Assembly: GCA_964434475.1 (NCBI GenBank)
Contig: CAYSVS010000007.1
Span: 1-38,859, forward strand
Length of the DNA: 38,859 nucleotides
Source of the DNA: an uncultured Methanosarcinales archaeon
GTDB lineage: Archaea > Nanobdellota > Nanobdellia > Woesearchaeales > CAYSVS01
Direction: 5' to 3'
Shown in pieces: positions 9,805-18,490 of this stretch. The stretch's first letter is position 1; the number at the start of each line of letters is the position of its first letter. Under the pieces are notes generated by a model that worked only from the letters and a program-made list of their open reading frames with translations, was not told the origin of the DNA and made no database searches. A program made the translations under genes and the position numbers.

Positions 9805-10725
9805 TCAATTTCCTTGTTGATTCTCTTTTATATAGGAATCTAGCACAGCATAGATGCCGTCTGTTTCTTCAGACTTGTGTCTGTTCTTTACTTTTACATC
9901 TAATGTTCCGTCTTGCTTCAAAAGCATACCTGCTGCAGCAACTGCAAAATTTTCATCTGGCTTTGAACCATGACATATCGAAGCGTATATATTTTTTACT
10001 ATCTCATCTGCTGTTGTTGAACCTACTACTACATCTATAGGTTTGCCATCAAAAGGCAGTAATAGCGATTCATTTCCACTTTTATATGTTGTTAAAAGTT
10101 TGCCAGTTCCAGGAGTGATAGGTTCTGCTTTATCTTTAAGCAAGTTATTTGATTTTATCCTATCGAAAGATTCTGTATCGCCTTCATAAAACTCATAGTT
10201 AAAAATATCATTTACTGTTTTATCGCCTTGTCTTCTCACTATGTGCATAGTCGTCAGATTCTGAAAAACATAAGCTGTAATTCTTGGAGTGCTTTTATCA
10301 GGTTCATAAGAAGTTAAATCTATCCTTCTGTCCTCATCAGGATCGTATTCAAAAAAAGGATTAGCGAAAGCTTCTTTCATAAGATGATTAGGTTTTACAT
10401 CAGAAGTTCTGAAATAATTGTTAAAAACAACTTTAGTCTGTGCACCATTACCTGCAACCATACCATTAACTCTTTGATTGGTTATGATAGGTATCAAAGC
10501 TCGATAAAGCAGTAAATCAGAACTGCTTTTTCTTAGTTGCATATCTTTTACTTCTGTTCTTACCGTATTTGTGTTTTCTCCTTTCTCCAAAGTTCTTACT
10601 TGGCCAGATTCGGTTCTGCCAGTCAAGGAATATGCTAAAAATATATCTTTGTCAGGAGTCATCCCAAGAATTATTCCTCCTCCGCTGTATGGTATATCTT
10701 CCAATGCTGCAGTATAACTTTTCAT
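9805..10725 (-). CDS. IMP cyclohydrolase-like protein (PurO family, divergent)
   Basis: YSGGGIILG, AYSLTGRTES, LLLYR, GNGAQT, YEPD and TPRI resemble PurO motifs; directly downstream of purB; SD GGTGGTGA. Confidence 0.65.
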   Translation of the reverse strand: MKSYTAALEDIPYSGGGIILGMTPDKDIFLAYSLTGRTESGQVRTLEKGENTNTVRTEVKDMQLRKSSSDLLLYRALIPIITNQRVNGMVAGNGAQTKVVFNNYFRTSDVKPNHLMKEAFANPFFEYDPDEDRRIDLTSYEPDKSTPRITAYVFQNLTTMHIVRRQGDKTVNDIFNYEFYEGDTESFDRIKSNNLLKDKAEPITPGTGKLLTTYKSGNESLLLPFDGKPIDVVVGSTTADEIVKNIYASICHGSKPDENFAVAAAGMLLKQDGTLDVKVKNRHKSEETDGIYAVLDSYIKENQQGN

Positions 10726-10743
10726 CTTTTCACCACCTTTTTT

Positions 10744-12222
10744 TTAAACATTAAGTTCTGAATCAGTTTTACCCATCATATCTTGATAAATCAATAGTCT
10801 TGGCTTTACTTCTTCTCTTAAATATTTTGTTGTCTGTTTTTTTGAACATCCTGCAAATCTCATAGGAATTTCAAGATATTCTTCCAATTCGCCAATATTC
10901 AAAGGAAAATTATCATCTTTGCTCAATCTATCAAATAAAGTATTATCTGTTCCGTTCTCTTTTATATCAATTCCAGCATCTACGGAATGATATTTAAGAA
11001 TTTCATGCATCTCTTGCCTATCATAGCCTTTTTTAGCCAAATCCATCAATATAGCTTCAGATGCCATGAATTGAAGATCCTCGTGCAATAACTTTTTTAT
11101 CCTGTTAGGATAAAAAGTCATAGGCCTTGTCTTTGTTGGATCAGGGTGCTGGTCAGTTATATTGTTCGCTATAATCAATACAGCATTACTCAATAAAAAT
11201 AATTGAGGGATATCTATCCTCCTTATAGCTGAATCATCCAATGTTCTTTCAAACCATTGATTCATTGCAGTATTGTAAAAATTAGGAACCAGTCCCGATA
11301 ATTTTCTTGATAATGCGCATAATCTTTCACTTCTCATAGGATTTCTTTTATAAGGCATTGCGCTGCTTCCTGTTTGGTTTACATTAAAAGGCTCATCAAC
11401 TATCTTTTGGTTTGACATAAGTCTCATATCAGAAGCAAACTTATACAATGAAACTCCTATCCCTGCTAAAGCCTCTGCAACTTTAGTGTCAAACTTTCGA
11501 GGATATGTCTGGCCAGTAACAGAAAAAGATTCGCCAAAGCCAAGCTTTTCAGTGACTAACCTATCAAGCTTTTCTACCATTTCATGACTTTCGAAAAGTT
11601 CGAGATAGCTTGCTTGAGTACCTGTTGTGCCTTTAGTACTTCTTGCTTTGAAGACAATATTTTCTATATAATCTAAATCAGCCATCAAATCTTGAGTATA
11701 TAATGTAAACCTTTTTCCGATAGTAGTAGGCTGAGCTGGCTGATAATGAGTAAAAGCAAGAGTGGCCAATCCTTTATACTTTTCCGCAATTTCAGACATG
11801 TTATTGATTGCATTTACCAAATCGTGTTTCACTATTTTCATTCCTTCTCTCATCTGAATAAGGTCTGTATTGCAGCCAACATATTGAGAAGTAGCACCTA
11901 GATGGATTATGCCTTTTGCATTTGGGCAATGAGTGCCGTATTCATAAACATGGGCCATGACATCGTGCCTGATCTCTTTTTCTTTTTTTTTTGCAACATC
12001 ATAGTCAATAGTCTTCTGTGCTGTAACCAATTCATCTATCATCTGCGGAGTAATTCTTGGAGAACCATCTGCATTTTTCAAACCAAGTTCCATTTCAGCC
12101 TCAGCCAATACTGTCCAACACTTTCTCCAGGTTTGAAATTTAAAATCATCAGAAAAAATATGCTGCATATCTTTTGAAGTGTACCTGCCAACCAAAGGCT
12201 CTTGGTATTTGTCATGAGTCAT
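10744..12222 (-). CDS. purB: Adenylosuccinate lyase
   Basis: RHDVMAHV, IIHLGATS, THYQPAQPTT and the fumarate-lyase signature GSSAMPYKRNP, plus ERTLDDSA. Confidence 0.96.
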   Translation of the reverse strand: MTHDKYQEPLVGRYTSKDMQHIFSDDFKFQTWRKCWTVLAEAEMELGLKNADGSPRITPQMIDELVTAQKTIDYDVAKKKEKEIRHDVMAHVYEYGTHCPNAKGIIHLGATSQYVGCNTDLIQMREGMKIVKHDLVNAINNMSEIAEKYKGLATLAFTHYQPAQPTTIGKRFTLYTQDLMADLDYIENIVFKARSTKGTTGTQASYLELFESHEMVEKLDRLVTEKLGFGESFSVTGQTYPRKFDTKVAEALAGIGVSLYKFASDMRLMSNQKIVDEPFNVNQTGSSAMPYKRNPMRSERLCALSRKLSGLVPNFYNTAMNQWFERTLDDSAIRRIDIPQLFLLSNAVLIIANNITDQHPDPTKTRPMTFYPNRIKKLLHEDLQFMASEAILMDLAKKGYDRQEMHEILKYHSVDAGIDIKENGTDNTLFDRLSKDDNFPLNIGELEEYLEIPMRFAGCSKKQTTKYLREEVKPRLLIYQDMMGKTDSELNV

Positions 12223-12247
12223 ATGATCGCCTTAAAAAAAGACAAAA

Positions 12248-12985
12248 TTACTCGTTCTCTACTCTCGGAGCAAGTATGAATGACATAAGCACCTTGTCAA
12301 CTGCCTTGTAATCCAACTGCAAAGGATAATCCTTACTAAAACGTATCGAAACATTATTGGATAGTTTGCTGCCAGTGATCATCTTCTTCAAATATTCAAT
12401 AGAATACTTTGCCTTTACCTTATCTTTCGCTTCAATCTTTGTTTCATTGTTTCCTTCTATCTCTATATTTACTTTTGACAAATCTCCTTCAGCGACTAAG
12501 TTTAGCTTATCTGGCTCTGCTTCTATTATTACGCTTTCAGCTACAACATCCACATCCTCTACAGCTTCATTGAAGACACTAGAAGTTGTTGTCACAACAG
12601 CATCAAAATTAAGATCAGGAACCTTTTGTTCTCTTTCTTCAAGTTCGATTATAGGAACATAGAATGTTCTTGTAGTGTTGCTTTTTAGAGTAAGTTTTAA
12701 CTTATCGTTATCCAATTCAAGAGTTATCATATCATTTGGCTTGGCTCTTCTAAGAATTTGTTTTATGTTGCTTAAATTAACTGCTATATCAACTTCGTTC
12801 TGAACATTATATTCTGTAAAACAACTGCTTAGTAGCTTAAAGATCACCATTGCAACATTTGCAGGGTCCATAGCGATTAATTCTATTGCATCCTTTGTAA
12901 TTTTAAAAGAAGCTTCATTTACCAACTCAGAAATTATTGAAATACTTTCCTTAAGATATTTTGGCTCTGCAAGCGTAAGTTTCAT
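12248..12985 (-). CDS. pcn: PCNA, DNA polymerase sliding clamp
   Basis: AMDPANVAMV, YSIEYLKK, YPLQLDY and C-terminal FILAPRVE. Confidence 0.96.
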   Translation of the reverse strand: MKLTLAEPKYLKESISIISELVNEASFKITKDAIELIAMDPANVAMVIFKLLSSCFTEYNVQNEVDIAVNLSNIKQILRRAKPNDMITLELDNDKLKLTLKSNTTRTFYVPIIELEEREQKVPDLNFDAVVTTTSSVFNEAVEDVDVVAESVIIEAEPDKLNLVAEGDLSKVNIEIEGNNETKIEAKDKVKAKYSIEYLKKMITGSKLSNNVSIRFSKDYPLQLDYKAVDKVLMSFILAPRVENE

Positions 12986-13072
12986 GATAAATCCCCTCAT
13001 TTATTTATAATTAATTATAATTTTACAAAATAATAAGGGGTATTTAAAGTTTTCTTTAATATAATATTGAGA

Positions 13073-14395
13073 TTAAAGAATTAGCTTTGAATGTATATCC
13101 AGCAAATGTATATTCTTATCTATATATCCCATCTCAACCGCCAATTCCTTGAAATCTTTCATCATCTTTTTGTTTCCATGTGCAGGAATAAGATGCAGAG
13201 GCTTAAGTATATTTATAAGATCCCTTAAATCTTCTCGAGAAGCATGTCCCGACGTATGGATATCTATGAATAATCTTACGCCTTTCTGTTTTAGCTTGTC
13301 TTCAAGATGTTTTCTATTTTCCTCGTTTGTTTCTGAAGGTATCACCTGGCATGAGAAAATAACTATATCCTCAGGAGAAAAGTCAAAATCTGAATCAACC
13401 ATTCTATTAAGCATAGCTCTTGGTTCACCTTGATGTCCTGTAACAACAAGCAAATATTTGTCCTTACCATCTGCTACGACCTTTTTAAGCTCCCTTCTTG
13501 CCTGTTTCCTATATTTTGCAAGCTTAACATCATCTGAAAAATTGATGATATTAACATCTTCGCCAGCACTAACATATTTATTGAGACTTCTGCCCAAAAA
13601 AATAATCTTACGCTTCATCTTCTTGCCGAATTCAACTATACTTTTAAGTCTCGCTAAATGCGAAGAAAATGTTGTAATAACAACAGCTTTACCTTTATTT
13701 TTAGTGCCTAACATAACTTCCTTAAGCATCTCTTTTGCAACCCTTTCGCTAGGTGTTTTTCTTGGATACCCTGAATAAAGACATTCAACAAATAAAGCAA
13801 GCACACCTTTTTTGCCTAGCTCTTCAATCCGTTTCATATTTGGCTTTTGGCCTAATGTAGGGCTTAAGTCAAACTTAAAATCATTAGCATATATCAATAT
13901 ACCATAAGGGGTATGCAAAACAATCATCACAGTATGAGGAGTAGAATGTGTAATGTTGATGAATTCAACAGTGATCTTGTCGCTTATCTTATATCTTGAA
14001 TTAGGATTTATCTTTTTTAGAGTATTCTTTAAACTAATTTTTTCATCCTTTAATATTTTTTTAAGCACAGAACAAGTATAAGGAGTTGCTAATATTTCAG
14101 CATTAAACCTATTGCTTAGAAAAGGGATAGCTCCTATGTGATCTAGATGTGCATGGGTAGGGATTATTGCCTTAACATCTTTTCTCCATTCTTTGATATA
14201 TGAAATATCTGGTACAGCTTTTGCTTTTATCAATTCTTTTGCAGTCAAAGGCACAAGATCCTCATCTTCAGTATAAGCTATGTAATTCTCTAGGTGTATT
14301 CCCATATCTAGAATAACAACCTCATCATCTATCCTTACGGCTGTGCAATTTTTGCCTACTTCTCCATAACCACCTAGTGTTCTTATTTCTATCAT
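13073..14395 (-). CDS. rnj: RNase J family beta-CASP ribonuclease
   Basis: LGGYGEVGKN, THAHLDHIG, THSTP, TTFSSH, TGHQGEP, HTSGHA, IPAHG. Confidence 0.92.
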   Translation of the reverse strand: MIEIRTLGGYGEVGKNCTAVRIDDEVVILDMGIHLENYIAYTEDEDLVPLTAKELIKAKAVPDISYIKEWRKDVKAIIPTHAHLDHIGAIPFLSNRFNAEILATPYTCSVLKKILKDEKISLKNTLKKINPNSRYKISDKITVEFINITHSTPHTVMIVLHTPYGILIYANDFKFDLSPTLGQKPNMKRIEELGKKGVLALFVECLYSGYPRKTPSERVAKEMLKEVMLGTKNKGKAVVITTFSSHLARLKSIVEFGKKMKRKIIFLGRSLNKYVSAGEDVNIINFSDDVKLAKYRKQARRELKKVVADGKDKYLLVVTGHQGEPRAMLNRMVDSDFDFSPEDIVIFSCQVIPSETNEENRKHLEDKLKQKGVRLFIDIHTSGHASREDLRDLINILKPLHLIPAHGNKKMMKDFKELAVEMGYIDKNIHLLDIHSKLIL

Positions 14396-14470
14396 AAAAA
14401 AGAAGAAAAGATGTTTTGATTTAAAAATGTTTTTAAATAAATCGCTGAGATATGCAGCATCAAAGACAAC

Positions 14471-14695
14471 CTAAACAATCTTAGAATAAGGAGGGTTGTT
14501 ATGGATTATAGAACTATTTCCATCCCTGTATTTTATCAAAGAATCTATATTATAGCCTGTTTGAAGAATTATATTTCTAATTACAACAACATAGGGCTCT
14601 TTGGGCTTATTTTTAAGAGATTTGAAATAGTTTAAATTATCCCTTTGTTTTGCATAAAAATTTTTAGGATTGTCAAATATCTTTTTTTCAATCAT
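14471..14695 (-). CDS. Small hypothetical protein
   Basis: 74-aa ORF from ATG 14695 with a TATA-like TTTTTATAT about 25 nt upstream; no recognisable motif. Confidence 0.35.
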   Translation of the reverse strand: MIEKKIFDNPKNFYAKQRDNLNYFKSLKNKPKEPYVVVIRNIILQTGYNIDSLIKYRDGNSSIIHNNPPYSKIV

Positions 14696-14765
14696 CGTAA
14701 AAAACAATGTTTAGGACATATAAAAAGTTAATGCTATTTAGATCCGGCAGAATGAAGAAGGAAAA

Positions 14766-14849
14766 TGCGGGAGACGAGGTTCGAACTCGCGTATCCACTA
14801 AGGAACTACCCCCTCAAGGTAGCGCATTTGACCACTCTGCCACCCCCGC
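14766..14849 (-). tRNA. tRNA-Leu(GAG)
   Basis: Minus strand folds to a cloverleaf: acceptor GCGGGGG/CTCCCGC, anticodon arm CTACC-TTGAGGG-GGTAG, long variable arm, GTTCGAAC T-loop, discriminator A; CCA not encoded. Confidence 0.95.
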
Positions 14850-14901
14850 GCATATATTGTAGAAGATTTTAACATAATATAAAAAAGTTATGTATGATAG
14901 T

Positions 14902-15020
14902 AAAATAAGAAATGTGGGGAAGAGGATTCTCACCAGCTTTTTAAAAAAAACCTGGGAAAAACAAGTGCGTTTCGCAAGCTCAACAACACAAAAAAAATAA
15001 GAAATGTGGGGAAGAGGATT
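14902..15020. repeat. 27-bp perfect direct repeat (14902-14928 and 14994-15020) covering the tRNA-Leu(CAA) 3' end
   Basis: aaaataagaaatgtggggaagaggatt occurs twice, 92 nt apart. Confidence 0.9.
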
Positions 15021-15140
15021 TGAACCCCTGTAGGCACTAAGCCAATAGATAACTTATACCGGTATATTCATCGCACTCATTGAGCACTCATCACTCAAGT
15101 ACCTTGAGTCTATCCCGTTTGGCCGCTCCGGCATCCCCAC
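15005..15140 (-). tRNA. tRNA-Leu(CAA) with a 52-nt intron at position 37/38 (15051-15102)
   Basis: Acceptor GTGGGGA/TCCCCAC, anticodon stem ATAGA/TCTAT with loop CTCAAG^A, variable arm GGC-TTAGT-GCC, GTTCAAAT T-loop; bulge-helix-bulge-like junction. Confidence 0.92.
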
Positions 15141-15280
15141 GAATGAACGTAAGTGAATGAGCAGGGACAAGTGAATCTCTGATTCTAAAGTGTCCCATAT
15201 CAAAACGGATTTTAGAACCAGCAATTAATATATAAATTTAACTAATAATCAAGACAAACAAAAATAAATCAAGAAAAAAA

Positions 15281-15769
15281 TTAAACCAAAGAACCAAGCT
15301 TGTTCTCTATATTAGCTAATTCAGATTCGAGTTTCTCGAGTTCAGTTACTTCTTTTTTAGTCAGGTGTTCTTCTTTTCCTTCTTTCTCAATCTCTTTTTT
15401 TCTTTCCTTTAACTCTTCCTTTTTCTCTTTCTTGCCTGACTTTTTAGCTTTCTTGGTTTTTTCTTTATCTAGCTTCTTATGCTCCTGCTTAAGTTCAATC
15501 CTTAGGTGAGTCTTAGGTATTGACGACTTAAGTTTTTTTATCATCTTACGAGTATCCTTGATTGTATCTTTAAGTTCAAGAATATTCTCATGTTTCTCTT
15601 TCCTTACTTCCTTGAATCTCTCGTATCTCTGAAGAAGCTGGACCATCTCCTTGGAGGATTCCAACAATGTCCTTCTTATCTCTACAGGATCCTGGACACC
15701 AACATAAAATACGTCCTCTTTTTTTGATGCAACTTTCGTCTTACTTGCTGCTTTTTTCTTTTTTACCAT
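15281..15769 (-). CDS. Hypothetical coiled-coil protein
   Basis: Start MVKKKK with SD-like GGTGGA; FYVGV strand followed by a long helix, a K/E-rich linker and a C-terminal helix. Confidence 0.75.
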   Translation of the reverse strand: MVKKKKAASKTKVASKKEDVFYVGVQDPVEIRRTLLESSKEMVQLLQRYERFKEVRKEKHENILELKDTIKDTRKMIKKLKSSIPKTHLRIELKQEHKKLDKEKTKKAKKSGKKEKKEELKERKKEIEKEGKEEHLTKKEVTELEKLESELANIENKLGSLV

Positions 15770-15779
15770 CGTGATCCAC

Positions 15780-16016
15780 CTATAATGATGAAGGTTCAAA
15801 CAAGGTTCTGTCAACAAAGTCAACTTTTCTCTCGACTTCCTCTAATCCAGTATGCCAAAGCTCTAATTCTGCATCCTCTTCATTTTTTAAATCGTTAATC
15901 TTCGCCAAAGTAGCTCTCGCATCATTCATCTTTGACTTGATCATATTCATAATATCGAGAACTGATTTGTACTCGTCAATTTTTACGAAAATAGGCATTG
16001 TTTCGTCCATATCCAT
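15780..16016 (-). CDS. Small coiled-coil hypothetical protein (PIFVK motif)
   Basis: SD GAGGGTGA; paralogous to the C-terminus of the upstream gene. Confidence 0.8.
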   Translation of the reverse strand: MDMDETMPIFVKIDEYKSVLDIMNMIKSKMNDARATLAKINDLKNEEDAELELWHTGLEEVERKVDFVDRTLFEPSSL

Positions 16017-16034
16017 TTTTAATCACCCTCTTTT

Positions 16035-16478
16035 TTAGGAAAATAATGTTTTTTCAGCATAAATCAATTTACGCTGTACGTCCAGTATTTGAGATCTCCA
16101 TTTCTCAAATTCTTTGTCTTCGTCTGATTTGAATTCACCCACTCTTGAAATAATCTGTTCAGATTCTTTAAGTGTGTTTCCAACAACACCTATCTCGTCC
16201 ATCATAGATTTAAACAGATCGTTTTTTACGAAAATAGGCTTATGCAATTCCAAATCTTCTCTTTCAGATAACTCATCTTTCTCGATTTTCATAGATTCTT
16301 TTTCGAATCTTTCAATCGGATTAACTTCTTCTTTTTCTTCTGCAACTGCAGGGAAAACAGGTTTAGATTCTTCACCAATTTTACCCGTTTTAGGAGCAGG
16401 AGGAATATCAAGTTCTTCTTTACTTGGGAATTTAAATCCCTCTTTTTCCTTTGTTTTTAAGAATTGTAAAAATCCCAT
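16035..16478 (-). CDS. Hypothetical protein with a Pro/Glu-rich N-terminus and a PIFVK coiled-coil C-terminal domain
   Basis: SD GGAGGTG before MGFLQFLK; paralogy with 15780-16016. Confidence 0.8.
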   Translation of the reverse strand: MGFLQFLKTKEKEGFKFPSKEELDIPPAPKTGKIGEESKPVFPAVAEEKEEVNPIERFEKESMKIEKDELSEREDLELHKPIFVKNDLFKSMMDEIGVVGNTLKESEQIISRVGEFKSDEDKEFEKWRSQILDVQRKLIYAEKTLFS

Positions 16479-16642
16479 AATAAGACACCTCCCAGTATAT
16501 ATCATATATTAGAACACTGCTCTTTATTAAAAGATTTCTAATCATTATACAATAGAAAATATTTATAACTATTTTAAAGTGGTTTAAAAATAAAAATAAA
16601 AATAGGAAAAAGTTTATATTGATGCAACCAAAAGATACTGTT

Positions 16643-17638
16643 ATGAAGCTTGCACAATATTGGGATAAACAAAAAGATAAAGTTGTTCAATGTAAATTAT
16701 GTCCAAGACTATGCGTTATAAAAAAAGGAAATACCGGATTCTGCAGAGTACGCAAGAATATTGACGGCAAGCTTTATTCGCTAGTATATGGGAAATGCGT
16801 GTCTACAGCAATAGACCCTATAGAAAAAAAACCTTTTTTTCATTTTCTTCCAAGCAGTAAAGCATTGTCTATAGGCACAATAGGATGCAACCTAAGATGC
16901 AAACATTGCCAGAATTGGCAAATCAGCCAAAGCGACATTGTAGAAGGAGAAGAGTATTTTCCCGAAGACATCGTTAAGATGGCATTAGAAAATAACTGCG
17001 AAAGCATCGCTTATACATATAACGATCCAGTAGTATTTTTTGAGTTCGTATCAGATACTGCAAAACTAGCTAAGAAAAAAGGTCTGAAAAATGTGATAGT
17101 GAGCAATGGCTTCATCAACCAAGAGCCTTTGAAAGAATGGCTGAAATACATAGATGCTGCAAATATAGATTACAAAGGAGATGATAAATTTTATAGAGAT
17201 ATTACTACGGCATGGCTAAAGCCAGTTCAAGAAACTTTAAAGACAATAAACAAATCAAAGACTTGGCTTGAGATAACCAATCTGATAATTCCAACATTGA
17301 ATGACAAGCCAAAGCAGATCAAGGATATGTGCAATTTTATCTATGATGAATTAGGAAATAATATTCCATTGCATTTCTCCAGGTTTTTTCCGTATTTTCA
17401 GTTGTCACATCTTCCGCCAACTGAGGAGAAAACATTATTCAAAGCAAAAGATATCGCCAAAAAGACAGGTATGAAATATATCTATATAGGCAATATGATG
17501 ACAGAGCATGATGAAGATACATTCTGCCAAAAATGCGGCAAACTGCTGATAAAAAGAGAAAGGTTTGAAGTTGTGAATAATAATGTTGTAAAAGGCAAAT
17601 GCAAGTTCTGCAAAAAGAAAATAGATGGTGTTTTCTAG
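16643..17638 (+). CDS. amrS: AmmeMemoRadiSam system radical SAM enzyme (PflA-like)
   Basis: VQCKLCPRLC, GFCRVR, DPIEKKPFFHF, GCNLRCKHCQNWQISQ, IAYTYNDP, PLHFSRFFP, YIYIGN and C-terminal CxxC pairs. Confidence 0.9.
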   Translation: MKLAQYWDKQKDKVVQCKLCPRLCVIKKGNTGFCRVRKNIDGKLYSLVYGKCVSTAIDPIEKKPFFHFLPSSKALSIGTIGCNLRCKHCQNWQISQSDIVEGEEYFPEDIVKMALENNCESIAYTYNDPVVFFEFVSDTAKLAKKKGLKNVIVSNGFINQEPLKEWLKYIDAANIDYKGDDKFYRDITTAWLKPVQETLKTINKSKTWLEITNLIIPTLNDKPKQIKDMCNFIYDELGNNIPLHFSRFFPYFQLSHLPPTEEKTLFKAKDIAKKTGMKYIYIGNMMTEHDEDTFCQKCGKLLIKRERFEVVNNNVVKGKCKFCKKKIDGVF

Positions 17639-17779
17639 GCATTTTTAGTCCTTGTTTAGTTATATATATACTCTGTATTGTTGTCACCATTTCTTGACTA
17701 CTAATTAGTGATATAATTTCTAAACATTTATAAATAAACAACACTAAATATAATATGTAAATAGTGAGCGGGGGTAAGT

Positions 17780-18463
17780 ATGATATCAATCGATGACATA
17801 TTCACAAAAGCAACAGGCAAGAATATAGATAATCTAATAGGTAGTGAAACTTCTTGCCTAAAGGACTATTATAATACTTTTGATTACATAAATGATGAAG
17901 GCATAGATGGAGATAAATATGCCATAGTCTTATCTATGTATAAAGTGCTTGCTGATCAATCAGGAAATTCTAATGATGCTATGCTTACTATAAATAAACC
18001 TTTGATGAGATTCATTAAACAGTTTGAAAGACCTATAGAAAAATACGATGCTATGGAATTTTTATTTGACCTTTGCAAAACATACTCTATAGCGAACAGA
18101 GAATCTGCAACACAAAACTACAACCACAAAGGATTTCTATATTCAGTAGACAAATTAAGCTCGATGATGAAAAAAGTAGAAGATAACAAAAAAAGAGAAT
18201 ATTTGAGATTTTTTGATGAATTAATAAACATTAACAAAATAAATAATCCAGAATATGTCAAAGAAACAGCATATGGAATAAAAAACAAGAAAAAGATAGA
18301 ATTTTTAATCAACAGCATGAAAAATAAGTATTTAGAAAATTTCGAAAGCATTGTAAAATATGCTAATGATCTCATATATGAGTATAAAATAGAAAAAAAG
18401 ATATTAAATGGAATCAGAACATATAAAATACTCCCATTTGAAGCGGTTTCTAGAAAAGTTTAA
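17780..18463 (+). CDS. Hypothetical protein
   Basis: 227-aa ORF with SD-like GGGGGT and an upstream TATA-like TTTATAAA; no motif recognised. Confidence 0.65.
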   Translation: MISIDDIFTKATGKNIDNLIGSETSCLKDYYNTFDYINDEGIDGDKYAIVLSMYKVLADQSGNSNDAMLTINKPLMRFIKQFERPIEKYDAMEFLFDLCKTYSIANRESATQNYNHKGFLYSVDKLSSMMKKVEDNKKREYLRFFDELININKINNPEYVKETAYGIKNKKKIEFLINSMKNKYLENFESIVKYANDLIYEYKIEKKILNGIRTYKILPFEAVSRKV

Positions 18464-18490
18464 ATAATATATTGTCAAAGATATAAAAGA

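Noticed and set aside
14902..15020. Direct repeat read as a mini-CRISPR
   Set aside because: Only two copies, the repeat is a tRNA 3' end, the spacer is 65 nt and no cas genes are present
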